Notes: generated by a model from the letters alone, not told the origin. 63,094 bases of DNA, filler included, from Pelomyxa schiedti (GCA_020536535.1; 15 parts of 15 records of this genome joined end to end with filler, not necessarily neighbours in it); one strand, 5' to 3'; positions 48,201-60,851 are shown, counted from the first letter of the whole stretch. Numbers and translations are program-made.

Positions 48201-50429
48201 TGTATAGGATAGAACCTGGTTTACCCTCCTCAATTGGTGGTACAGACTCCGTGGCGAGTGATAGCGGCGCCACTTCAGGATTCGCTTGAGTTGCAGTGGA
48301 CAGGATTGGAGTTAAAGGGATCTGAAGAGGTGAGGGTGACAGTGTCGGCGAGATGGACTGCAACACTAGTTGCTGTTTCAACTCAGTATACTTCTTCTTG
48401 TACTCCTCCAAGTTAGTCGATACTGGTTGGACATTAAAAACCTTAGCGTAGACAAAACACACCAACAGTGAACATAGACTCTAACTTGGCGGCTAGTTGT
48501 TTGGCCGTGTTACATTGCGCAATAAGTGCATTTTCTCTATCACTGTATGTTGATTTAACCTCGGTAAGCTCGGTTGAAAGACTAGAAATTTCCGCTTGCT
48601 GCTGGTGTACTTTCCTTGAAAGAGCTTAGAACAATGTGGGAGGAGATTATTTCACACTCGACAAGTGTATGGTACTCCTGTTGAAGAGAACCGAGTTCGC
48701 TGTTCTTTTTATTCAAAAGAGATATCTACAACAATAAGCAATTGATTGTGCTGGTTTTTTATTTTACCTCGTTTCGCAGTGCGGCAATTTCATTTTGCAG
48801 TTGTGCTGTTTCCCGGTCTTTATCAGCTTGTATCCTTTCAAAGTTGAGAGTAGAGCTGTGAGAGTGATACATACTTCATTGAGTTATTTTGTTCTTGAAT
48901 TGCCAAGTGGGCTCTAGCTTTATAAGCCTTGAATTCTTCTGAAAGTAAAGTGTTGACTTGTTTTTCATTCTCAATTAGGACTTGCTTGGGGAAAGAAATT
49001 ATGCACAAAAGATTGAAGTTTGGTATACCATTTCAGCAATCCTTTTATCGCAGGCGCGTTTAATCTCTGCAGCATTGTTTTCGACCTCTATGCTGGAGCG
49101 CATAACGCGAAGTTCCACTTCTCGTTTTACATCACGTATGGCAGCATCATGTGTCCGTTGTGCATCCCGCAAGCGAGAATCACTTTCTTCTTTAGCGGCA
49201 TTTACTTTGGATTCACATTCTCGTTTGGACTCATCCAGGTCTCTTTGTAGTATCATAATCTTAACCTCTGAAGAGCGTTTCAGTTCATCTCGTTCCTTCT
49301 TCAATTCTTCCACTTCTTTTTGCAAAACGATGGACTTCCCATCGTAGATTCTCTTGATATCTTCCAGCTCCCGTTGAAAGGAGACAAGTCTGTTCTCTGC
49401 TGTGCGCTTTGTCTCATCCAGTTCTTTTTGCATAGAACTCAATTTCCCGTCATTTGCCCGTTTTATGTCTTCCACATCTCTCTGGGCCGCACAAACCCTT
49501 ATCTCACATGCGCGCATTACATCTCCCACCCTTATGTCACATTCCTTGGTTATCTCTGCCACCTTTTGTTCTTCCAGTTTTTTTGCAGATTCTTTCTCTT
49601 CTGCAATCTTGCTCTCACAGGAAGCTTTGATAGCAGTGATTGCAGATTCCTTTTCTTTAACAGCCTGTGCGGCGGACTGCAGTGCAGAGTCGCGNNNNNN
49701 NNNNNNNNNNNNNNNNNNNNNNNNNNNNNNNNNNNNNNNNNNNNNNNNNNNNNNNNNNNNNNNNNNNNNNNNNNNNNNNNNNNNNNNNNNNNNNCTGTGT
49801 GCTCTGACCAGAAGTGTATCCATGGAGGGTAACTGGGATGTTATTGCTCTCGGGAAAACCTGTGCCGGAAATGTACCTTCCTATACTCTTGAATTCCAAC
49901 CAAAGTGTTGCCTTGTGTTTCTAATCCGTTCTTTTCTTCCCAACAGGTAAGGAATTACCAGCCAATCAAGGATGTGATTAAGAGTGAGTGTTATCCAATA
50001 GTAACAGCCGGGCTTGAGGGTCCTCCCCCTGACATGCCACCCTCTTCCACATCATCATCAACATCCACATCAACCACAGACCCTTCATCCACCACATCAA
50101 CAACAAGTACCACAACCAGTACCAGCACCACAACCACATCATCATCAACAGCAACACCAGCTTCATCTGATCAGCCAATGGAAGTTGCCCCACAACAACA
50201 ACAACAACAACAACAGCAACAGCAACCTGTTCTTGAATCAACACCCCCTCCCACTTCATCATCATCAACAACCACAACAAAAGAAAGTGCCTCATCCTCG
50301 GCAATTGAAGTAGAAGAAAAACCAGTAGCCAAGGAAAAAGATACGGCAACCACTAACCCTGTGCCAACTGAATCCACCAAAGAACAACCAGCAACTATCA
50401 TAACACCAGTACCGGAATCCTCCTCATAG
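45215..50429 (+). CDS. Protein with acidic and TPKK/TPRK basic tracts plus a TerD-like domain; last exons (49795-50429) displaced by scaffold mis-ordering
   Basis: FWGYPSFKRDFLDGSCL, HSGDIMND...GHHTIK|VDL...FYFVLSAY, WDVIALG. 47155-47276 equals 49795-49915. Confidence 0.7.
47560..49694 (-). CDS. GRIP-domain golgin, 5' truncated
   Basis: Long coiled coil, then ANLEYIKNVVVK...LCPVISSLLHFSAADIQR. Confidence 0.8.
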
Positions 50430-50671
50430 GAACTGTGTCACACCCAAATAAACAAAACTTTTGTCTGTGCACATGAAAATAAGAAAAAAAAAACAAAGGG
50501 TCCTTCTTGATGGTAGATAGATACAGGCATTTGTTCCATAAACACAGAAAATATGCTCACCACAGCTATTNNNNNNNNNNNNNNNNNNNNNNNNNNNNNN
50601 NNNNNNNNNNNNNNTTAATTAATTAANNNNNNNNNNNNNNNNNNNNNNNNNNNNNNNNNNNNNNNNNNNNT

Positions 50672-50773
50672 GCCACCAACAGGCTTACATGTGTGTCTCT
50701 GAGTCCCTCTGGTGACACACTCTTCACATCCTCCTGGGACAATTTGGTCAGGGTCTACACATCCAATCCTTGA
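50672..50773 (+). CDS. Last WD40 blade of a G-beta-like protein (not in ORF track)
   Basis: ATNRLTCVSLSPSGDTLFTSSWDNLVRVYTSNP*. Confidence 0.7.
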   Translation, partial: ATNRLTCVSLSPSGDTLFTSSWDNLVRVYTSNP

Positions 50774-50978
50774 CAGCCAAGAGTCTGTCTTGTAAAATCT
50801 GATTTGAAAAGAAAAAACATTGATTTTATTTTCAAATGGGTGAGTGTGCACTTTGCTGGACACTGTAAGAAAAAGAAGTATGTGTGTCAAGACTTTGGAA
50901 ATCTAGTGGAGGGAAGGGAAAAAGAATATTTTTTCATGAGGTTCACCCCCTTCAAGTTTTTTTGGGAGATCATGACCT

Positions 50979-51213
50979 GGCTTCGTCCACACAGATCTCA
51001 AGGCCGACATTGACCTCCACCAGGTTGGTGTTGTATTTTCCGCCCCCTTAGCATCCGCCAACGTCAGGGGCTAGAGCGCATCGAATCCCATTCGCCTATT
51101 CCATCACGCACAGGGTATCCTTTGGTTATTCTCTCCCTTGTGGGTGGTTTTCGGTTCAAGGAGAGCTACTTTCGCCCCCTGCCGAGAGAAATCCCCGACA
51201 CAGATTTGAAGCC
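50979..51213 (-). ncRNA. Candidate structured ncRNA, family unassigned
   Basis: GC-rich island with no long ORF between convergent 3' ends; terminal GGCUUC/GAAGCC pairing and internal stems. Confidence 0.3.
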
Positions 51214-51276
51214 GAGAAAAACATGTTTTCGCCTTCTTTTTTGGAACTGATCTTTGGGGTACCGAAGACTTATGGG

Positions 51277-51763
51277 TCAAGGTTTGTTCGGAATTTTTAT
51301 TTTTATGGTATGGTATGGGGTTATGGGGTGTGGTGGTGGTTGTTGTTGTGAGGGGAACTGAAAGATAAACACCTGACGATGGAGGTATCGTTGTATCAAC
51401 TTCAGTATGAAGAGTGGTCTGTTGTCCTCCACGTTCCTCACGTCGATGTGCTGGATGGTGTCCGAGTTGTTGTTGCTGTTGTCACTCCCCGTGGGCACCA
51501 CCACCTTCTTTTCTGACATGGCCAGCATGAGCCCGGTGTTTGTCTCCCATTGCACCGAAATGAACCCCCTGGTGTCGACGGTCATCAGCACGTTCTCTGG
51601 CATGTTCACGTCACGTATTTCATATCTCCCATCGTATGTGACGCAGAACTTGGTTCCGTTCCCAATTGGGAACAAGTTCCTGACTTCAGACCCGGCACTT
51701 TGGACGAGGTGAGGTGCTGATGGACTCTTCCTCTTGATGACGTATACTCTGCCCCTCGCTGAC
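51277..51763 (-). CDS. 3' part of a beta-rich lineage-specific protein
   Basis: Open frame from the contig edge: YEIRDVNMP...ETNTGLMLAM. Confidence 0.5.
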
Positions 51764-51863
51764 NNNNNNNNNNNNNNNNNNNNNNNNNNNNNNNNNNNNN
51801 NNNNNNNTTAATTAATTAANNNNNNNNNNNNNNNNNNNNNNNNNNNNNNNNNNNNNNNNNNNN

Positions 51864-54397
51864 GGGCCGATCTTGATTTGCAGGATAGAATAGCTGCTTC
51901 AATGTCTGTTTCTGTGAGATGGGGGATTGGGTTGAGTTTCTTATTGTAATTGCTCAGTAAAGCTTTCTGGGCTTCTTCATTTGAGGATATTGGGCCTAGA
52001 AGCAGAGCCCAAAAAATCTTTTGTGATTTCATCTTTCCTCTTTGAGTTGCATGCAGGTAAGGTTGTTGGTAAGAGGGTCCAGCATTTGAGGATATAGAGT
52101 ACTTTTGGTTGGTATCTTGGGCACAGGGGTATGTCTCTTCTTGGGGATCTTACTATTCAGTTGGGTTTTCACGCAGGCTATGGCTTCATGGATTTGGTCT
52201 GGGCTTGGGGGACACAAGTCAAACTAATCTGCCACTTCTTTGTTGCTTTCAATAATCCTCAGAGGAACTTTGTTGGTTGGGTATGCTGGTGTTTATTGTC
52301 ATCATCTTTGATCCTGCCTGACGCCTTTAAGGTGGATTGTAGTGAATCTTGGGTGGACGATGGTGGTTGTTTGGTAAACCCAGTGCCCTGCAGACTTCCA
52401 CATGAGTTAGTTCTGGTGGGAGTTAAAATTAGATAGCCCTATGATGGTTTTGGTTATGTTGGCACCTGTTTAGGATGTGTTTTACTGCCTCTGGTGAATC
52501 GCATCCATGCCAGCAACCAGAGGGGAGGGATTCCTGTATCCTGAGATGGTCACTGCAACATTCTGCCACTGTGTATCCAGCAGGGGTCCTCCTTGTTTCT
52601 TGAGGGCCGTCAAGTGTTCCAGTGATATGCAGTTGGATGGAGTGAGGAAGTGTAAAATTTTGGTCATGTATGGATGCCAGACCTTACTTGGAGGGAAGAT
52701 TTCAAAATGGATGTAAATGTTGGTGGCTACTATTTTCGTTTGTAGAGCCCTTCTCTGGGCCTCATTGGTTCAATTCTTTCTAGTGGGAAGTGTATCCCTG
52801 GGTATGCTTTGGTGTTCTGCATTAGATGTGTGATCATGGTGGTCCATGTTTGGGGCATTCCTAAATGCTCCAAAATGAGACTACTAGTATTGGGAGTGGT
52901 CAGAGGTGCTGGATTCCCATTTAGTCTGAGAACTAGTGTCTCTGAGAGTTGTAACAGCTGCATGGTGGAGTGCATAGTATAGCAGGTTTCATTCTGGATG
53001 TGTGTTGGGGATGTTGAGTCAACTGGATGAACTTCCCATTTTTGCATGGCCTGGTGAGCTGTCTGTCTTAAGGTGGATGATCTTTCAAATGATGGGTGTT
53101 GGTGCTTACTGAGTGGGATATTAAAATCACCAATCAGTATAGTTGCTTGTATTTTACACAAGGGGTGTGTGTACCTGTGTATGTCCATGTGAATTTGGAC
53201 ATTTGTCCTTCCATAACGATTTGTGGCTGGGTGGGTTTTTTCGGGATCTAAGGACCCCTATTGTCACACCATCAGAGTTCTTTCTGCCATTATAGGCTTC
53301 AGCTTACTTGCATAGGAATGTGCTTCTTCTGTGGAGTGTGTTTCTGCGATAACACACATGTGTGTTGATTGCCTGGATGGTGTCTTTGAGTTGAGAGTGA
53401 AGGTGCTGTTGCTAACCCCCTCACATTCCATGATAAAACTCACAAGCTACTCATGATTGATCAGGTGGTTTTAAGGGGGGCTGTGAGGGTGCTAAGCAGG
53501 GTGCATGGGGTGGGGTGTGACAAAGAGCTGGCATTTGGTTGGGATGGAGGGGGGAGTTGGTATGATAGGTGTTGGCAGTTTGGTGGTTAAAAGTGTCACT
53601 TGGATTGTGGTTGGCTTCTCCAGTCCAGGAGACCTTGGTCTCAGGTTTAGTAGTTGCCAGTAGTTTGGGTGGGGTTAATCGACTTCTCTGTCTTCCTTGA
53701 GTTCTCTGGGTCAGAACCTTATCATAGGTACCAAAAAAGTCAGGGCCACAGACAGAGGAAAGGGTAACTTTGGGGTTGGAGTGATAGGTTGTGTGTGGTT
53801 GGTAATTGGTTCTCCTTGTCTTTGTTGTTGTGGTTGTTGTTGTTGTTTTTGTGTTATTGTTGAAAGTGTGTGTTGGAGGTCCCACAAAGCCTGTATCAGG
53901 CTTTTTGAGTTTGGGTGTAAGAAAGGGTGTAATAAGTGGTTCATGTAGCTCTTTGTAGCGACTGACAGTACTTCAGTTGCCCCTCAGCACCCAGCTCTTG
54001 TCTTCCATTGAATGGAAGGTGCAAACCAGCATTTGCCCCAGAAAGGTTTTCATTCTCAGGCTAACTGCTGGGCAGGTGGCATTGATTGCTGCAGCACTTG
54101 TAACAAGGGCAGTAGTTGTGAAAAAGGCAGTTGTAATAGTGGAGAGAGGTTTTGGCCCAGCTGCAGCTGTGGCTGGGAGCCTTGAGGCACTTGTAAGGAG
54201 GGTCGCAACAGTGTGGGAGCTGGTATCCGTTGTTGTGGCAATAGTGGAGGTGGAAGCTGTTGCAATGGCGGAGGTGGTAACTGTTGCTGCAAAGGTGGAG
54301 GTGGTAACTGAAGTGGCAAAGGCCACTGGTCATCAGGTAATGCATCAAAGTCAGAAGGAGCATCAAATTGAAAACCTGACATGTGGTTCATCTTCAT
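51864..54397 (-). mobile_element. Decayed non-LTR retrotransposon (APE-type, L1-like)
   Basis: L*VLSWNVRGL (~53430), HVCVIAETH, ILIGDFNIPL, PTH; RT-like ILEHLGMPQTWTTMITHL; linker LTETDIEAAILSCKSRSA; many stops and frameshifts; Q/P-rich possible ORF1 at 54056-54397. Confidence 0.8.
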
Positions 54398-55936
54398 AAC
54401 AGAATAAGTTAGCGGAGAAGAAACTGTTTATTGTGGTGAATGAAAACAACAAAAAAAGATGTAAACGATAAAAAGCGATGTGCAGCTATTACCCTGAGTA
54501 TGTGGTGGATGCACGTGGTGTTGATAGCACCTGTGTTTCTTTTTTTCTTAAAAAAAAGAGAAATTCCTGCAACTGCACATCACAGTGCTGACGTTCTTCG
54601 CGGACTCTCCCTCAGCGAGCACCTCCATCACTGGCGTACATCACGGCAAAGCAGCAACACCCCGAGCCAGGTCTCCCAATCAAACAGCCGAAAACCAACC
54701 CCGGTTTTTGATTAGAGATTCGTCGAAGTAGTAAAAAATCGATTGATGTCGCTTTTTTGATCGAACCAAAACTCCGATTTTTGCTCCGATTCTTTTGATC
54801 TTCTAAACAAGAAAACACGAAAAAAAGGTGGCTGTGACTGCTTAGGGCGAGAGAATGGACATAAAGAGGCCCAAGAGTGGTAATGACAGAGTTAAGGACT
54901 AGGAGTGTGTTAGCAGGAATGAAGAAAACAGATAACACTACCATCTTTCTGATTGTGGCTTGCCTTTGTTTGGGGATGGAGGGGAGGAACAACTCAAAAC
55001 CTGCTACAGCTCCTGTGAAGCCAAAGGGACCTACTATGTGGCTCCTGTGGAGGCCATGATGACTGCATGTCGTCGGGTACCACAAAGTAAAAGGCACAAA
55101 ATGTTGCTTAGTCGAACAGTGAAGTCACTGGGGCCCAACACTACAGGCAGTACCAAAGTACAAAAGTTTTTCTTTTCTGTGCTTTTTTTTTTTTAACTTA
55201 ACTTTGCACCGTGCAGTTGTGTGCCAAACCGTCCCTGGGTGTGGACAGAAGGCCCACCAACGGCCATTCCACGTTTGCTCCAGCTGTTGCATCGATGGAA
55301 GGTCTGTACTGACTGTAAAATCTATGAATGACTCTGAGCTTGGAGTGGACACTGCCAAACCTCCAAAAAAGTGATCCCCAGGGGTTTTACACTGGATGCC
55401 AAAGAATTAGCATGAAGCCTACATACCTGGCCACCCAGGAATTATATGATCACAGATGCTGATGTATGGACTGCGACAACGGGAGGAGCACCCACGGTCC
55501 CAGTGCAACCCCACCTAGAACTGATGTGCCCCTGCTGTTTTGCAGGCGTTTTGGGGTGGATGATGTCTCCTGTTGGATCTGTCAATTTCCAAAAAATCTA
55601 CTGAAAACATGGAACCACATACATTAAAGCAGGGTGGACTGGAGATCTGCCATGGGACTGCGCCAGTGGTGGAGCTAGGTAACTTAAGTGGGAATTGAAT
55701 GCAATTGAGTCTCTGGAGAAAGCCACAACTCTGGGTGTGCTGTGGTAGTTACAAAAAACACAACTCATTTTTGATTGTAACATCCAAAAGTGACCTTATA
55801 TCCTTGCATTAATTATTTTGGCACTTTCTTAACCAGGTGCGAACAGGTGTTAGGACGTCTAAACGCAATACCCCCCCCCATGTAAGATTTAGACTAGGGG
55901 GTGGTCTCTTCCTCTTCCCCCATGTGAGTATACTGA

Positions 55937-57750
55937 CAGGGAGTGACGGATGTGTTCGTACTGAAGTACGAAGCAAGATAAAGAGGAAACAAAGTGTTTA
56001 TTTATTTTAGTTGATCTGGTGGAGGTGTGGTGAAAGTGTGTGTTGCTTATAAGCCCAGGTTCTTCCAACAAATTCCAGGTATTCAGTGGACCCACAGCAC
56101 AGCATCACGTGTCATTGAATTCCCAGAAGTTGTCAGACTTCTGTGGGTCGCTCAGGGCTGACACCCTGATTCCCTTTTTTGGAAAGTCATCACTTTCACA
56201 AAAGCTTGTAGTCTTAGCATTCCACAAGTCAGCAGCTGGTTTACCCTGTCATTCAACAGTACAAGTAGTTGCTGGGATAACTAAGATTTCTTGTGTCAAA
56301 GCCAGCAAAGCCTTGACATTCTCTAAGGTTCTAGCTTTATACCATGACTGTGTGTCCTCAGCGGAGGTTTTCAACTCTGGGCAACTTTTGCCACAAAGTT
56401 ATTTGTTCCCCTGCCACCCTTTGTCCAGGTTTTTGAGCACCCTGCAAAAATTATCAGATTTAAAGAAAAAGGAGACAGTACCCGTTTCATTTGATCCACA
56501 AAGTTGAGGGAGGCATCAAGAAGGTGTGGTGCTTTTTCTGCTTCCGGGACCATCAGCGGAAGTCTGCTCTAAGGCCTTGTAACAATTCTAAAAAGGTGTT
56601 AAATAACCAATGGAGAACAAATTTCAACCTGTTTCAATTCCTCAGAGCAGAAAACTAGGTCTTTTGTATGAGGATCTAAACATAAGGCAGCTTTTGTAAT
56701 TATATTCAGATCAGTATTAGCACTCAAAGAAAACCGTTGTTGAATTTCATGTAATATATTTTGCCGGCTCGTCTCTGCCAGTGGTGGCACTGAGGAATAA
56801 GTCACAACAGAAGAAAAAGGTACAAACAACTTTAAAATTCTTGGGGGAAAGTATATGGGTTGCAAAAGGCCTTTAGCTTTGCTGTAAGGCTTGTATTGCC
56901 AGATATGCCAAAGTCATCTTATCAGACTGTAAATGTAAAGCTACCTTGTAAGAGTGAAAAAAATGAACAACTGATAAAAGAAAAACCTCATAAGGACCCT
57001 GTAACAACAGTGTTAACGCCTCAAGATCATTCCATTCTGAAATGAGTCAATGAAGACTTAAAAGTATACAAAAATACTTTGACATAGATGACAACATTAA
57101 GTATGTTCCCAACCAACGAATTCTGTGATTCTAAACAAGTTACTAACTATTCCAAAAGTAAGGAACGCAAAGCATACAGGCTTTGGTTGGTGGTAGGGTT
57201 CTTCTGTGCAATATTGTTTCAAGATCTCACTTCGCTTAGGTGAGCGTCGACTCTTACTGACAAGGGCATCAATCTATTTTAATATTAAAGGTGACAAAAA
57301 AAAAATTTATCTAACCTTTGCAAGAAAAGGCTGTGGTCATGTTTCTTGCATGCAAAGGTTCAAACGGTGAGCATAGCAATGAACCCAAAGGTGGTTCAGT
57401 TGTCGAACCGATGACTCCATATTGGAAGCACCATCAGTGACCTTATTACCTTAGATAAATCAAACTTTAAAGTGATTAAATACCTCCGCAATAACTTTCC
57501 ATTGCCATTTAGTAATGATTGCCTGGTGAGTATGTGAAGGAAAAAAGCTTTGTAATTAAACAAACCTTAGTACAGTCCAAAATATTGATGGCAGTGTGTT
57601 TTTGGGGTAAGTACACAACCTTTTTTCGTCTAGAAGCAGGTCTCATTGCTACATTGGTAGAAGTAGGATGCGAAGCAGCTGTCTCTCTTTCTTCCACAGG
57701 ATGTGTGTGGTTCACCTCTGGATATTTAACTTAAGTTGAGTTGTTAAACA
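55937..57750 (-). mobile_element. hAT transposon with intron-containing, decayed transposase
   Basis: VTDGASNM...VHCYAHRLNL (~57350-57440), RIRWLGTYLML (~57110), AALCLDPHTK, dimerisation domain SWYK...ILVIPATTCTVE* (~56250-56340); candidate terminus CAGGGAGTGACG at 55937. Confidence 0.88.
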
Positions 57751-58037
57751 AAAAAAAACCAAAACCTAGGTAAGGCAGGCAAGTTATTGTCAACTGACAC
57801 TGAAGATGGAACTTTGCTGATTTGAAGTGATTGTACTGTGGTTGTTGATGACACACCCTCTCCACCCTCTCTAAGTGAAATAGGTGACCGCAATGGCAGG
57901 TGTAATGCTGAGNNNNNNNNNNNNNNNNNNNNNNNNNNNNNNNNNNNNNNNNNNNNTTAATTAATTAANNNNNNNNNNNNNNNNNNNNNNNNNNNNNNNN
58001 NNNNNNNNNNNNCATCATTCATTAGTCATTTGCGCCA

Positions 58038-60562
58038 ATGGAGAACCGTGCTGCGTGGACGCTGATGGTGTCGCGGGTGGTGTGGGAAATCGTCGTCGTC
58101 CCCGAGTTGGCGGTGGTGCCGTCCCACAAGCGCATCACGGCAGGCCAGTGCATTTGGCTGCTGGGCGTAGCCGATGCGCTGTTCCCCCTGGTGCCCCGCG
58201 CGTGCAGGCTCGTCGCCGACGCGGCCGCGTGCACGCAGGAACAAATACCACTCGATGAGAAGGATTATTGTGGGACGGCGGTGGTGCGGGGGCCCACGTC
58301 GCGGTACTTTGTGCTGTCGTGCGCGGGGGCGGCAGGGAGCACGAGGTGCATCACGTGGACTCTGAGGAACAAGCTTACGAGGAGGAACAACAGGAAGGAG
58401 TGCCTCGCTGTGCTCAGGGGACTGTGCGCTGGTGTGTGGTCGTACACATCTCGATGCAGTTGCTTATATCTTGCACAGTCCACCGGAACACTTTTACACT
58501 AGGGTTTTTGCCGGTTTTACAACGATTTTTAGCACATTTCCGTCTTTGCAAAAGTGCCAAACCGGTTGCATGCTACAGCGAAAGTCGGAGGTTCGGTTCC
58601 CAAACTGGCCACAGTTTTTCCTGATCGGCAGAAAAAGTTCATGGTGAGTCTGGGTTTTTGACAACTGCACAAGAAGAAAACGGGGTTTTGGAGTGAAAGG
58701 AAAGGAAAAGTTACACAAAAAGGAGAAAAAGGAATTTTCGGCAGAGTGACACCCCCTGCCACTCGATTTTCAACATTTCGTTTTTACAATTCTGTCAAAA
58801 CTACTCTTGGGATGGAACTGCCAACACTTATGTGTGGGGCACAATTTTTTACCCTTTTACAAGAACGGAAAATTGATCAAAAATCCTTCCAAAACCGGCA
58901 AAAACCTGAGTGTACAAGTGTACAGGTGGACTGTGCAAGATATACTAGTCACGAACACAAGGAATCTGACCCGGATTAATTGTTTGACAGGAGGACACAT
59001 TGAGATGGCAAAGCAACTTGTTGACAGTGGTGGTGATGGTGACGATGGGCCGTGGAGTGGCTGCAGACTGTTGACATGGCCAAAGGATGACCCCACTCTG
59101 ATTGATGACATCAGGGAGATGCCGGTCAAGACTAAGGAAATCCCACACAGTCTGCTGTATCTTGCATGCAAGGGAGGGAACCTGGATGTTGTCAAGTGGG
59201 TGATGTCAAAGTTCCATGGTGTGGGTACTGAGCCTTGGGAGCTCCTGATGGCATTCCATGCAGCTGTGAGGTGGGGGCATCTCAACGTGGTGAAGTGGTT
59301 GGCTTCCACCACTGGAGTCATTGCTGCTTGCACAAAGAAAGGTCTGAGGGACTACCTCCAGTGTTGATTACGCTGACGTTGGTGAACTGATTGCCAGCCA
59401 AAACTTGGAAGTCACAAAGTTCTGTGTTAGTCTCTTCAGTAGGGGAAGCCTGGTACTTCCTCAGTTTGTGGCTTATTATTCTTCAGCAAGTGAAAGCAAA
59501 TCTGAATTGAGAGAAGGCTGGGATCAGATACGGGCAAAATTCAGAGTTCCCAGCTGCCCTGACTTCTCCTTTTGGATCCAGGTGGTATATTGAAAATTCC
59601 TCAGACAGGCCAAGAGAAAAGGATCTGAAAGTTGTGCATGTGGGAACAGTAAAGACTCTGTTTCACTGATGGAATTCCTGCTGACACAAGGAATCTTCTT
59701 GAGATATCGTTGAGGGTCTCGTGGTGTCTCTTTCCCACAACACATCAGTTGCAGACTGGCTTGAAAGCACCTTCCATGTGATGGACCAAGTCAATGCAAC
59801 TCCCAGTGTAACAGAGCAAGTCTTCAAGAAGATTTGCAATTCCGGTGAGACTGAGTGTGTGGCTGGGGTTCAATGGTTCCTTTCACATTGCACAGTGATC
59901 AACATCAGTGTAAATGCAGTGATTCAGGCTTTCTGGGACACACTGAGAATGGGGAAGACGAACACCACTTTGCTCTTGTGGAATACATTCAATGTTTACA
60001 AAACAGTATCTGGCAGTGCGGTTATAGAAGGAATAGTTGAACACTGTGCTCTCTCCGCAGCCAAGAAGTTTATGCCCGGGCAGTTCTCATTGAGTGACAT
60101 TGTGCACGGTTTGTCACACAGTTGGTCTGTCCAATCTGGCAAGGTGGTGAAGTGGTTGATAGAAGACTACCATTTGCAGGAAGAACTTCCACTCAAGGCA
60201 ACTAGCCACCTCTTACTGGGGGCATTGATTTCAAGCAACAAGACAGGCTGTGCCGAGTGGTTCATCACCACATTCCAAGTGACTTTGAACGAGGTAACAA
60301 AAATGAATGTTTGATGGTTAGTACTAACAGTAACTCTGACCTGACACACACACAGGTAGTGGCCATGAAGCAACAGTACCTTCTGGTACCCAAATGGGAC
60401 ACATGGAGGATGCTACTGTGTGTGTTCCCTGAGATTACAGGCCCATTTGCTATGCAACACTTCTTGGACTGCATGAGAGCAACACCACTACATGAGAAGG
60501 TATCAAGCAAGGTGTTGGGACTGCGATTCAACACACCAGCAACCCAGGGAAAAAAAGAATAG
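58038..60562 (+). CDS. Lineage-specific ankyrin-like repeat protein
   Basis: VSRVVWE...ADALFPLV, GLCAG|GHIEMAKQL, ACKGGNLDVVKWV, CAEWFITTFQVTLNEV|WDTWRMLLCVFPEIT. Confidence 0.75.
58467..58942. mobile_element. 476-bp MITE with ~63-bp TIRs and TA flanks inside intron 58432-58990
   Basis: TA|tatcttgcacagtccacc...gtttttgccggtttt and aaaaccggcaaaaac...ggtggactgtgcaagata|TA. Removing the intron restores GLCAGGHIEM. Confidence 0.85.
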
Positions 60563-60851
60563 AATAAATAAGTGCTTGTTGTTTACCTATTCTTTTGAAC
60601 GTTGGTTTTTTTTTTATAAAGAAAGAGATATTGTAGTATTTATTTAATTTGATTTGTTATCAGTGGCTGTTTGTGGGTGTGTTGTTGTAGTGTTTGATCC
60701 TTGTTGTTGAGTGTTGCCGGTGCATGTGCTTTGTTGGGAAGTGTTGGTGGTNNNNNNNNNNNNNNNNNNNNNNNNNNNNNNNNNNNNNNNNNNNNTTAAT
60801 TAATTAANNNNNNNNNNNNNNNNNNNNNNNNNNNNNNNNNNNNNNNNNNNN

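Noticed and set aside
47155-50570. Golgin gene apparently nested inside the TerD-like gene, with ~120-bp direct repeats (47155-47276 = 49795-49915; 47377-47496 = 50451-50570)
   Set aside because: The exact duplicates abut N gaps, indicating two contigs placed in swapped order; re-ordering gives two ordinary convergent genes.
50969-51020. U1-like words (ACCTGGC, GATCTCAAG, CATTGACCTCC)
   Set aside because: No ACTTACC 5' end, wrong spacing, weak stem-loop I and no suitably placed Sm site.
51180-51222. GGCTTCAAATCTG plus a long hairpin on the minus strand resembling the tRNA-Sec anticodon and variable arms
   Set aside because: The anticodon stem does not pair, and there is no T-loop, D-arm or acceptor stem.
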